This document shows, piece by piece, positions 1-8,502 of a stretch of DNA of 58,889 nt (positions are counted from its first letter, which is position 1; the number at the start of each line of letters is the position of its first letter). Made by a program: the position numbers and the translations under genes. The stretch comes from Candidatus Dojkabacteria bacterium (lineage in GTDB: Bacteria > Patescibacteriota > Dojkabacteria > J137). The stretch covers positions 1 through 58,889 of the forward strand of contig CALDYZ010000039.1 in the NCBI GenBank assembly GCA_937944235.1. The letters are read 5' to 3'. Below the pieces are notes generated by a model. The model saw nothing but the letters and a program-made list of their open reading frames with translations, was not told the DNA's origin and searched no databases.

Positions 1-63
1 ATGTAGCTAATTTAAAATTTTAATTTTATCAATTAAAATATTATAATCATTAATAGTTTAATT

Positions 64-2028
64 ATGCAAAAAATGGATTCACTAAAAACTAGACAAAATT
101 TTCTAGAATTTTGGAAACAAATACCTAGAAATTCTAAAGAAATTCCTAACAGTAGTTTGATACCTCAAAACGATCCCACATTGTTGTTTGTAAATTCTGG
201 GATGTTTCCTCTAGTACCTTACCTAAATGGACAACCTCACCCACTAGGAAAGAGATTACACAATATTCAAAGGTGTATTAGAACTAATGACATTGAAGAA
301 GTTGGGGATAATAGACATTTAGTATTTTTTGAAATGATCGGTAACTGGTCACTAGGTGATTTTAGCAAAGAACAGCAAATACCATGGATTATGGAATTTT
401 TCGTAGAAAATTGCGGTTTAAGTCCTTACAGGATATATGTTTCAATATTTGAAGGAGATGAATCATCCCCGAGAGATGATTTAGCGATAGAGATCTGGCA
501 AGAAACTTTTAAAAAATACAATATAAATGCTAAATATTCTAATGACATAACAAATATTCCTCCACAATGGGATACAAACAAAGAAATTCCGGATGAAGTA
601 ATGAATTGGCCTTACAGAATTTTCCCATATAACAAGAAAAAAAATTGGTGGTGTAGAGCAGAAGTACCAGGAGAAATAGGTGGTCCAACCTCAGAGATAT
701 TCTACGATATGGGTAAGATAGAAAAGACAGATGAAAATTATCATATAAATGACGAGTCTGGTAGATTTATAGAAATAGGAAATAATGTATTTATGGAATT
801 CAAACTGAATGAACGAAGGAAATGGATACCACTTGAACAAAAAAATATAGATTTTGGTGGTGGTTTTGAAAGAATCGTTATGAGTATACAGAATACCACA
901 GATCCATACCAAACAGATTTATTTAGTCTTATCATCAATAAAATAACAATGTTATCAAAAACAAATTATTTTGATTTAGAACCAGAATTGAAAAAAAGTT
1001 TTCGCATTGTCGCTGAGCACATTAGAAGTAGTGTATTGTTGCTAGCAGATGGAGTAATACCTGATAACAAAGATCAAGGATATATATTAAGAAGACTTAT
1101 TCGTAGAATGGTAAGACACGCAAATCTAATAAACATAAGGCAAACTTTTGCCATGCACTTGGCTGAAGAAGTTATAGAAAATTATAAACAATATTACAAA
1201 CACCTCGAAAACAATAAAGATTTAATATTAACTGAAATAGACAAAGAAGAATTTAAATTTAACAAAACACTAAAAAATGGAATTAGAAGAATTTATGAAA
1301 TTAAAAAGTCTCATAGCACAATAACAGGATTTGAAGCTTTTAAAATCTATGAAACTTTTGGTTTTCCTGTAGAAATGATTGCAGAGGAATTAAAAGATAA
1401 AATTACAGAAAAAGAAAAATTTTTGATGGAATTTAAACAGGCTGAGTTATCACATAAAATTAGCTCAAAAGCAGGGTCAGAAAAAAAATTTAAAGGTGGA
1501 CTTGCTGACCACTCTACCGAAACCATAAAACTACACACCGCTCAACATATTTTATTAGCAGCGATACAAAAAGTTATAGATACATCAATCAAGCAAAGAG
1601 GAAGTAACATAACGTCTGAGAGAATAAGACTGGATTTCAACTATCACAGAAAATTAACACCAGAAGAAATCACTAGAATAGAGGACTTGGCTAACGAACA
1701 AATAAACAAATGTTTGGATGTTAAAAGAGTAGAGATGCCAAAAAAGATTGCAGAAAAACTCGGAGCACAAATGGAATTTGGTCAAAAATACCCTGATATC
1801 GTGTCAGTATACTTCATAGGAAATTTCAAAGACATAACAGATAAAGATTACTTTTTACATCCTGATAAAGAAAGAATCTTTTCAGTCGAATTTTGTGGGG
1901 GACCTCACGTACAAAACACTTGTGAGTTATATCAATCTAAAAATGGAAGAAAAAGGTTAAAAATAATTTCCCAAGAATCTATTGGAGAAAACATTAAACG
2001 TATAAAAGCAGTTTTGGCACAAGAATAA
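64..2028 (+). CDS. alaS: Alanyl-tRNA synthetase, short form without the C-Ala domain
   Basis: 654-aa ORF. The class II AlaRS core is present (NDPTLLFVNSGMFPLVPY, RCIRTNDIEEVGDNRHLVFFEMIGNWSLGDF). Editing-domain motifs HTAQHIL and CGGPHV are present. The protein stops shortly after the editing domain. Confidence 0.93.
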   Translation: MQKMDSLKTRQNFLEFWKQIPRNSKEIPNSSLIPQNDPTLLFVNSGMFPLVPYLNGQPHPLGKRLHNIQRCIRTNDIEEVGDNRHLVFFEMIGNWSLGDFSKEQQIPWIMEFFVENCGLSPYRIYVSIFEGDESSPRDDLAIEIWQETFKKYNINAKYSNDITNIPPQWDTNKEIPDEVMNWPYRIFPYNKKKNWWCRAEVPGEIGGPTSEIFYDMGKIEKTDENYHINDESGRFIEIGNNVFMEFKLNERRKWIPLEQKNIDFGGGFERIVMSIQNTTDPYQTDLFSLIINKITMLSKTNYFDLEPELKKSFRIVAEHIRSSVLLLADGVIPDNKDQGYILRRLIRRMVRHANLINIRQTFAMHLAEEVIENYKQYYKHLENNKDLILTEIDKEEFKFNKTLKNGIRRIYEIKKSHSTITGFEAFKIYETFGFPVEMIAEELKDKITEKEKFLMEFKQAELSHKISSKAGSEKKFKGGLADHSTETIKLHTAQHILLAAIQKVIDTSIKQRGSNITSERIRLDFNYHRKLTPEEITRIEDLANEQINKCLDVKRVEMPKKIAEKLGAQMEFGQKYPDIVSVYFIGNFKDITDKDYFLHPDKERIFSVEFCGGPHVQNTCELYQSKNGRKRLKIISQESIGENIKRIKAVLAQE

Positions 2029-2030
2029 AA

Positions 2031-2987
2031 TCAAGTCCCTGAATTTGTCAATTTTTGAATCAACTTGATAAACAAAAAACCAGACACAATAAAAATTAGG
2101 ACCAAAAATACGTCATAACTGTCAGCCTTATATAAAGGAAAATAAAAAACTTTATCTACTAAAATGTCATTTTCATACACCGGTTCAAAAAAAGGAATTA
2201 ATACACTAAGAGAACCTAGTATACAACCTAACAAAACGCTGAAAGTTTTATCACTATAACGAATTAATCCAATTTTTATATACTTAACAAAAAATATTAA
2301 TGCACAAATAGCCCCTGCAGCGAACATTAATAGGTTTATCAGTTGTGAAACATTGACTGAAAAGTTTATTAAAGATTTTGCTAAGTTTAATAGATATTCA
2401 TACACCCCAAACAACATTAAAACAAAAGATCCACTGACACCTGGCAACAACATTGCTAGGACAGCAAAAACTGCAGTAATAAACAAATAAATAGGATTAG
2501 GATCTATAACAATAGAAGATGGTTTTAAACTTGATAATACAGAAAATAATACTGTAAACAAAAACGTAATGCTTAGATTAGTAAAATTTTTATTTTTTAT
2601 AGATTTAAAAGGCACATTAACGGAACCAAGTACGATACCAAAAAAAATGGCTTGTAAATAGTTAGGATATTTATTAATCACTACAGGTATAAGGTTAATT
2701 AATATTACATTTATAAAAATTACTCCAAATAATATTGATAAGCCAAAATTCAAATTTAATTCTGCTGCAACTTTAATATTTTGAAATGTCCTTTTTATCG
2801 GGAATAAACTATTATTTATCTTATAAAAAAGTTTTTTTTTTACAATCAGTAACAAATTGTTGATAAAAATGATCAAATCATCATAAATCCCCATAGCAAG
2901 GGCTAATGTAGAACCACTTATACCTGGTATTACTTCTGCTGTTCCAATAATCATACCCTTTAAAATATTTTTAAAAATATATTTCAT
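2031..2987 (-). CDS. DUF368-family polytopic membrane protein (family implicated in undecaprenyl-phosphate recycling)
   Basis: 318-aa hydrophobic ORF with the two repeated DUF368 signatures: GTAEVIPGISGSTLALAMGIYD and LLPGVSGSFVLMLFGVYEY. Confidence 0.8.
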   Translation of the reverse strand: MKYIFKNILKGMIIGTAEVIPGISGSTLALAMGIYDDLIIFINNLLLIVKKKLFYKINNSLFPIKRTFQNIKVAAELNLNFGLSILFGVIFINVILINLIPVVINKYPNYLQAIFFGIVLGSVNVPFKSIKNKNFTNLSITFLFTVLFSVLSSLKPSSIVIDPNPIYLFITAVFAVLAMLLPGVSGSFVLMLFGVYEYLLNLAKSLINFSVNVSQLINLLMFAAGAICALIFFVKYIKIGLIRYSDKTFSVLLGCILGSLSVLIPFFEPVYENDILVDKVFYFPLYKADSYDVFLVLIFIVSGFLFIKLIQKLTNSGT

Positions 2988-4222
2988 TTGTTTTGATCTT
3001 TAAAAATCATAGATTTGCTTAAATTAATTTCCCATTCTCTAGGAGTCGCTGAAACAAATATGACTTGATTTACCCTTTCCATAAATTCCTCAAATTTTAA
3101 AGGCCGATTATCTAAGGCTGATTTCATCCTGAAACCAAAATTTACTAAGTTTTGCTTTCTTGCTAAATCGCCACTATACATTCCCCCAATTTGAGGTACA
3201 GTAATATGAGATTCGTCGATAAAAATAACATAATCATCAGGAAAATAATCCAACAAGGTAGATGGAGGTGTGCCAACTTCACGTCCATCTATATATCTAG
3301 AATAATTTTCTATACCTTTGGTATAACCTGTTTCTTCTATCATTTCCAAATCATAATTAACTCTTTGTTTTAGTCTAGCAGATTCAACAAATTTTCCTTT
3401 CTTTTCAAATTCTTTAACCTCCTTTTGCATGTCTTCGTAAATCCTGGGTAGAACAGATTTCAATTTGTCTTCTGGACTAACATTGTGCTTGGAAGGGTAT
3501 ATCGTATATTCTGAAATGGATGTAATTAATTCACCAGTAATTGCATTAACTAAGCTCATAGACTCTATGGTATCATCAAAACAGTTAATTCGTAAAGCAA
3601 TATCATCATTAATAGGTAAATTAACATATATGACGTCACCTCTAACTCTGTAAGAACCAAATTCACAACCATAATCTATCCTTTGATATTGCATATCTCT
3701 CAATCTTACTAAAAACTTCTCTCTATTTAAACTTTCACCTACAACCAACTTGACACTTAAGTCAATATAATCATCAGGATTACCCAAACCATATATACAA
3801 GATACAGTAGATACTATCAGCACATCTCGTCGAGAGAGTAGAGCCATAGTTGCTGAATTTCTATATCTTTCTATTGTTTCATTAATATCACTATCTTTTT
3901 CAATATACAAATCTTTAGATGGTACATAAGCTTCAGGTTGATAATAATCGTAGTAACTCACAAAGTATTCAACAGCATTCTCTGGAAAGAATTCCTTAAA
4001 CTCAGAAAATAACTGAGCAGCTAAAGTCTTATTGTGAGAAAGAATTAAAGTAGGCTTGCCGATATTTTGAATAACGTTTGCCATGGTAAAAGTTTTACCA
4101 GTACCAGTAGCACCTATCAAAGTTTGAAATTGCAAGCCACGTTCTAGACCACCTGACAATGTTTCTATGGCCGAAGGCTGGTCTCCAGAGGGAAGGAACT
4201 TAGAATACAATCTAAAACTCAT
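2984..4222 (-). CDS. uvrB: UvrB N-terminal fragment (domains 1a/2/1b only; helicase domain 3 and the C-terminal UvrC-binding domain are absent)
   Basis: 412 aa. Walker A GATGTGKT is present, as are the beta-hairpin region YYDYYQPEAYVPSKDLYIEKD and the DESH box FIDESHITVPQ. The ORF ends at VSATPREWE...KDQNK, just before the expected RPTGLLDP. Its stop overlaps the DUF368 start by 4 nt. Confidence 0.85.
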   Translation of the reverse strand: MSFRLYSKFLPSGDQPSAIETLSGGLERGLQFQTLIGATGTGKTFTMANVIQNIGKPTLILSHNKTLAAQLFSEFKEFFPENAVEYFVSYYDYYQPEAYVPSKDLYIEKDSDINETIERYRNSATMALLSRRDVLIVSTVSCIYGLGNPDDYIDLSVKLVVGESLNREKFLVRLRDMQYQRIDYGCEFGSYRVRGDVIYVNLPINDDIALRINCFDDTIESMSLVNAITGELITSISEYTIYPSKHNVSPEDKLKSVLPRIYEDMQKEVKEFEKKGKFVESARLKQRVNYDLEMIEETGYTKGIENYSRYIDGREVGTPPSTLLDYFPDDYVIFIDESHITVPQIGGMYSGDLARKQNLVNFGFRMKSALDNRPLKFEEFMERVNQVIFVSATPREWEINLSKSMIFKDQNK

Positions 4223-4400
4223 TCATTTCAGAATAATATTGAAGTTCTAGTAAAAAGTAAAAGCACAAAAGACTTGATTATTTCAAAAAACTTATTGTAC
4301 AACTTAAATTTAATTTTACCTCCCTAAAAATCCTACAACTTCTTATTTCCTGTATAACAGAAAGGTCAGCACACAACAAAAAATAGCAAGACAACAAGCA

Positions 4401-4476
4401 TGGTGCCAGGAGTCGGACTTGAACCGACGACACATGGCTCTTCAGGCCACTGCTCTACCAACTGAGCTACCCTAGC
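4401..4476 (-). tRNA. tRNA-Phe (GAA), CCA encoded
   Basis: The reverse complement GCTAGGGTAGCTCAGTTGGTAGAGCAGTGGCCTGAAGAGCCATGTGTCGTCGGTTCAAGTCCGACTCCTGGCACCA folds as a cloverleaf. The anticodon loop is CTGAAGA. Confidence 0.95.
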
Positions 4477-5019
4477 ACTTATTAATATATTGCTCACTTG
4501 GTGTTAGTATACAAAATATATTTCATAAACACAAGAAAATTAAAGAAATAACTTTTGAATTTGAGAATCTCTTTTTTATTGTAAATAATATATTATATAA
4601 AGATACAAAATCTTTTTAAAATAGAGTTTCACAAAATTTAAACATAAAATCTCCCCTATTTTTAGTATATACAAACATGGTAAAATATATATAGAAAATA
4701 TAGTACTATTCTAAATAGATTATAGTGAATTAAAAAATTTGATGAAATACGTAATAACATCCTGGATAAACTGGATAGCTAAATTAACAAACCAGGGTCG
4801 TACTTAAATAAATATTGTTAAAAAAAAATATTCATCATTCAAAATCATGAGTATTGTTATTGAATTTATTGACCTAAGTTTCTATGAATTTTTTAAGGTA
4901 TTTTATAAACAAAACCTCACTTTTTTTTAATTCACAAATAATGTATATTTATACATAAATTAATGTTATCGTAATAATATAATTCAGAAAAGATTGTTAA
5001 TTGTATCAAAATATTATAA

Positions 5020-6885
5020 ATGTCAACAATAACATTACTACCCAATAATCTAATAAACAAAATAGCAGCGGGAGAAGTTGTTGAAAGACCATCTTCTGCA
5101 GTAAAAGAGTTAGTAGAAAATGCAATAGACGCTAAGAGTACTTACATAAAAGTTTGTATAGAAAATAAACTAAATCTGTTTAGTATTAAAGTTATAGATA
5201 ATGGAGTAGGCATATCACATGAAGATAAAGATAATCTGTTAAAACTACACTCAACCTCAAAAATTAAAAATTTTGAAGACCTATACAAATTAAATACCTA
5301 TGGTTTCAGAGGTGAAGCATTAGCTACTATAGCTTCCGTATGCAGTGAAGTAGAAATTGCATCAAAAAAAGAAAATGAAGAAGGTTTTACGTTGAAGTAC
5401 TTTAACAATCAAAAAATTAGCACGTCGACAGCTAATATAAGCACCAAGTCGGGAACATCTGTTCATATAAAAAATTTATTTGAAAAAGTACCAGCTAGAC
5501 TGAAATTTCTTAAAAATACAAACACTGAACTAAAACATATAATTACAATTTTTTTATCCCTAGCAATACCTAATCTAACCATACATTTTGAATTATATGT
5601 AGATAATAGATTAATTTACAATTTACCTGCAACTTCCCGTGTCAAATATAGAATAGGCGATGTATGGGATGAAAATATATCAAAACATTTTATTACAGTT
5701 AAAATAGAACATGAATCATATCAAGTTGATGGTTGTATTATAGATCCAATTTATTGCACAAGATCCACAGACAAACAATTCATATTTATTAATAAAAGAT
5801 ACGTTTATGATAAAGTAATACAAACATCTATAAACAAGGCATATTCCAATTTTATACACAAAGAATTAAAACCATCTTACTTTATCAATATCCACATTCC
5901 GTCAGAAAATTTAGACGTAAACATTCATCCTAGAAAACTTGAGGTAAAGTATGAGTATCCTGATAAAATTTTCAATTTAGTTTACAAATTAGTAGAAAGT
6001 ACATTACACGAAAATCAAAAAAGTAAATTTTTCGATTCAGCTTCAATACAATCCGATAAAATTGTTACAGAAAACAATGAGATAGATAACAGAAACGTAA
6101 TTAATAATGAGAAAGTCATTTTATTAGAGACCAATGACCATAAGTCACTAAATCATAAGCAATCCAAACTTACGAACAATAAATTTAGTAAAGTAAATGT
6201 CTATAATTACAGTAAGTCAACTCTCAATGAAAAAATAAGCATTAGTAAAATTAGTGAGACTTTACTGGAGTACGGAACTAAAAAAGAAAACTATCTTTAT
6301 CCAGTTCAAATATTCAGAAGGTACATAATCTATGAATCAGAGGATAATTTAATATTCATAGATCAACACGCTGCTGCAGAAAAAATTCAATTTGAAAATT
6401 TAATAAACAAATACCTGTCAAACAAAATAGAACCCATACCCTTATTAATCCCAGAAGTTCGAAGTTTAAATTTAGCTGATAAGAAAAAAATTTTAGAACT
6501 AAAAGATGAAATACTGAAAACTGGAATCAATATAGAAGATTTTGGTAACAATGATATATCTATAACTCACATACCAAGTACTAGTAAGAATTTCGATATT
6601 GATAGTTTTTTGAGAGATTTATTGAACGATGAAGTAAATGCTCAGATACTACTAACGAAAGATGGTTCGTATGTTGAAATTCCTAATTTCATTTATTCTA
6701 CAACTGCATTAATAGCATGTCATGGATCCATCAGATCAGGTCAAACTTTAACCACAGATGAGATGCGAAACATAATATCGGAAATAAGCAAATTAAAAAA
6801 TTCTTTAAACTGTCCCCACGGTCGACCGATCACATGGATTATGAACAAAGCTGAAATTGAAAAAAATTTTAAAAGAATTATATGA
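5020..6885 (+). CDS. mutL: DNA mismatch repair protein MutL, endonuclease type
   Basis: 621 aa. The N-terminal GHKL ATPase is present (IAAGEVVERPSSAVKELVENAIDA, YGFRGEALATIASV). The C-terminal endonuclease motif DQHAAAEKIQFE and CPHGRP are present. Confidence 0.93.
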   Translation: MSTITLLPNNLINKIAAGEVVERPSSAVKELVENAIDAKSTYIKVCIENKLNLFSIKVIDNGVGISHEDKDNLLKLHSTSKIKNFEDLYKLNTYGFRGEALATIASVCSEVEIASKKENEEGFTLKYFNNQKISTSTANISTKSGTSVHIKNLFEKVPARLKFLKNTNTELKHIITIFLSLAIPNLTIHFELYVDNRLIYNLPATSRVKYRIGDVWDENISKHFITVKIEHESYQVDGCIIDPIYCTRSTDKQFIFINKRYVYDKVIQTSINKAYSNFIHKELKPSYFINIHIPSENLDVNIHPRKLEVKYEYPDKIFNLVYKLVESTLHENQKSKFFDSASIQSDKIVTENNEIDNRNVINNEKVILLETNDHKSLNHKQSKLTNNKFSKVNVYNYSKSTLNEKISISKISETLLEYGTKKENYLYPVQIFRRYIIYESEDNLIFIDQHAAAEKIQFENLINKYLSNKIEPIPLLIPEVRSLNLADKKKILELKDEILKTGINIEDFGNNDISITHIPSTSKNFDIDSFLRDLLNDEVNAQILLTKDGSYVEIPNFIYSTTALIACHGSIRSGQTLTTDEMRNIISEISKLKNSLNCPHGRPITWIMNKAEIEKNFKRII

Positions 6886-7397
6886 ATTATAGAAATATAC
6901 TCAATAAAAATAGCATTATACAAAAATTCATACTGATTTTATTAATAATCATAGTAATACCGATAATTTCTGTATTTTTATATAGGGACTCATCCTCATT
7001 TTCCAATCTAAATAATAAGTTGATTAGCTCAAGTAATGTTACAGTAAATATAAACAACAACTTTTTTATCTTACAAATTGCTAATACTCCAGAGACAAGA
7101 TCTAAAGGTTTGATGTTCATAGAAAAACTAGATAAGAACAAAGGTATGCTTTTTATTTTTGAAAAAACAGAAATACAAACTTTCTGGATGAAAAACACGT
7201 ATATTCCACTGGATATAATTTTTTTAGATGAAAATTTTGATATTGTAACTATTTATAAAAATGCTAAACCTCTAGACACAAGAACATTATACTCATCATT
7301 AAAACCTAGCAAATATGTAATTGAAATATTAGGAGGTATAAGTGATCAAATCAATTTAACAGAAACTTCAAAAGTTAAAATTATTGATTATAAATAG
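6882..7397 (+). CDS. DUF192-family protein with an N-terminal membrane anchor or signal
   Basis: 171 aa. There is a hydrophobic N-terminus (ILILLIIIVIPIISVFLY). A DUF192-like core follows (ANTPETRSKGLMF...GMLFIF...FWMKNTYIPLDIIFLD). ATGA overlap with the mutL stop. Confidence 0.7.
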   Translation: MNYRNILNKNSIIQKFILILLIIIVIPIISVFLYRDSSSFSNLNNKLISSSNVTVNINNNFFILQIANTPETRSKGLMFIEKLDKNKGMLFIFEKTEIQTFWMKNTYIPLDIIFLDENFDIVTIYKNAKPLDTRTLYSSLKPSKYVIEILGGISDQINLTETSKVKIIDYK

Positions 7398-7566
7398 ATT
7401 TCACTTTTTTTGAGTAAAAATATTCAATCGAAAATCTAAAATTAATTAAATTTATTTAACAAAATTAGCAAAAAACAGACATAAGTTTTTTTACTTTAAT
7501 TCATAAATTTGTTAGTATATTCATACTGGATAGATGCTATAATTTTATAGGGTTGCTTAACCAAAT

Positions 7567-7595
7567 TTGACACAAATAACCTTAAAATAGATACT
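7567..7595 (+). promoter_or_regulatory. Candidate sigma70-type promoter upstream of clpP
   Basis: A perfect TTGACA lies at 7567-7572. After a 17-nt spacer comes GATACT at 7590-7595, about 56 nt upstream of the clpP ATG. An alternative extended -10, TGCTATAAT, lies at 7535-7543. Confidence 0.3.
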
Positions 7596-7651
7596 GATAT
7601 ACACAATATACACAATGTGCGATATTGTTATTAATATATACATAATTTAAA

Positions 7652-8239
7652 ATGAACAATACGAGCTATCTTATACCCATTGTTATAGAACAAACAAATA
7701 GAGGTGAAAGGTCATATGATATTTATTCAAGATTACTAAAGGAAAGAATAATATTTGTAGGTGGGCCTATCGACGATTTGCAAGCTAATTTAGTAGTTGC
7801 TCAGTTACTGTTTTTAGAAAAAGAAGATCCCAAAAAAGACATAATGATGTACATAAATAGTCCAGGGGGGCACGTGCAGTCAGGAATGGCTATAGTTGAT
7901 ACGATGGATCATGTTAAATGCGATGTATCTACAATAGCGGTTGGGTATGCTGCTTCAATGGGAGCAATATTATTAGCATCGGGTTCAAAAGGTAAAAGAT
8001 ACGCTTTAAAGAATGCTGAGATCATGTTACACCAACCGTTAGGTGGGGTCGAAGGACAAGCTTCTGATATAGAGATAACTGCAAATCACATAAAAAGGAC
8101 TAAAGAAAAATTATATAAATTATTATCTGAACGTACTAATCAACCTTATTCTAAAATAGAAAAAGATTTTGATAGAGATTACTGGATGACGTCAGAAGAA
8201 GCTCTAAAATATGGGATAATAGATGAAATCATCAATTAA
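7652..8239 (+). CDS. clpP: ATP-dependent Clp protease proteolytic subunit
   Basis: 195 aa. Motifs seen: [43 protein letters not shown] and LHQPLGG. Confidence 0.96.
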   Translation: MNNTSYLIPIVIEQTNRGERSYDIYSRLLKERIIFVGGPIDDLQANLVVAQLLFLEKEDPKKDIMMYINSPGGHVQSGMAIVDTMDHVKCDVSTIAVGYAASMGAILLASGSKGKRYALKNAEIMLHQPLGGVEGQASDIEITANHIKRTKEKLYKLLSERTNQPYSKIEKDFDRDYWMTSEEALKYGIIDEIIN

Positions 8240-8415
8240 TTATACAGCAATGGTTTCACGGTGATAATCAATTTTAGATCATATACTTTATTCCGATATG
8301 TGAAAGATAGATTCGACTAACTTGTGAAAATATTTTAGTAATAAGAAATAAACAAAATTGTGTACTCTAATATCTACATATACATCGTGCATTTATGTTA
8401 AAATTAATAAGATGA

Positions 8416-8488
8416 GGGCATTTAGCTCAGCTGGTAGAGCATTCCTTTGACGTAGGAAAGGCCACAGGTTCGAATCCTGTAGTGCCCA
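8416..8488 (+). tRNA. tRNA-Val (GAC)
   Basis: GGGCATTTAGCTCAGCTGGTAGAGCATTCCTTTGACGTAGGAAAGGCCACAGGTTCGAATCCTGTAGTGCCCA folds as a cloverleaf. The anticodon loop is TTGACGT. No CCA is encoded. A possible extended -10 (TGTTAAAAT) lies at 8396-8404. Confidence 0.94.
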
Positions 8489-8502
8489 AGTTTGATAAAG
8501 TA

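Noticed and set aside
4760-4800. Possible SRP (4.5S) RNA, because of an ACCAGGGTCG segment and a CCTGG/CCAGG stem.
   Set aside because: Only a short resemblance to the conserved SRP domain IV sequence. The GGAA/AGCA symmetric-loop motifs are absent.
7597-7610. An identical 14-mer, ATATACACAATATA, upstream of clpP (7597-7610) and upstream of infC (10077-10090), as a possible shared operator.
   Set aside because: A rough estimate for AT-rich intergenic DNA of this total length gives about one chance 14-mer coincidence. There is no dyad symmetry and no third copy. Kept only as a note.
8482-8502. The GTG start at 8482 for the ThrRS-like ORF, as given in the ORF track.
   Set aside because: The codon lies inside the 3' acceptor strand of tRNA-Val (8416-8488). 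The ATG at 8503 is the first start outside the tRNA.
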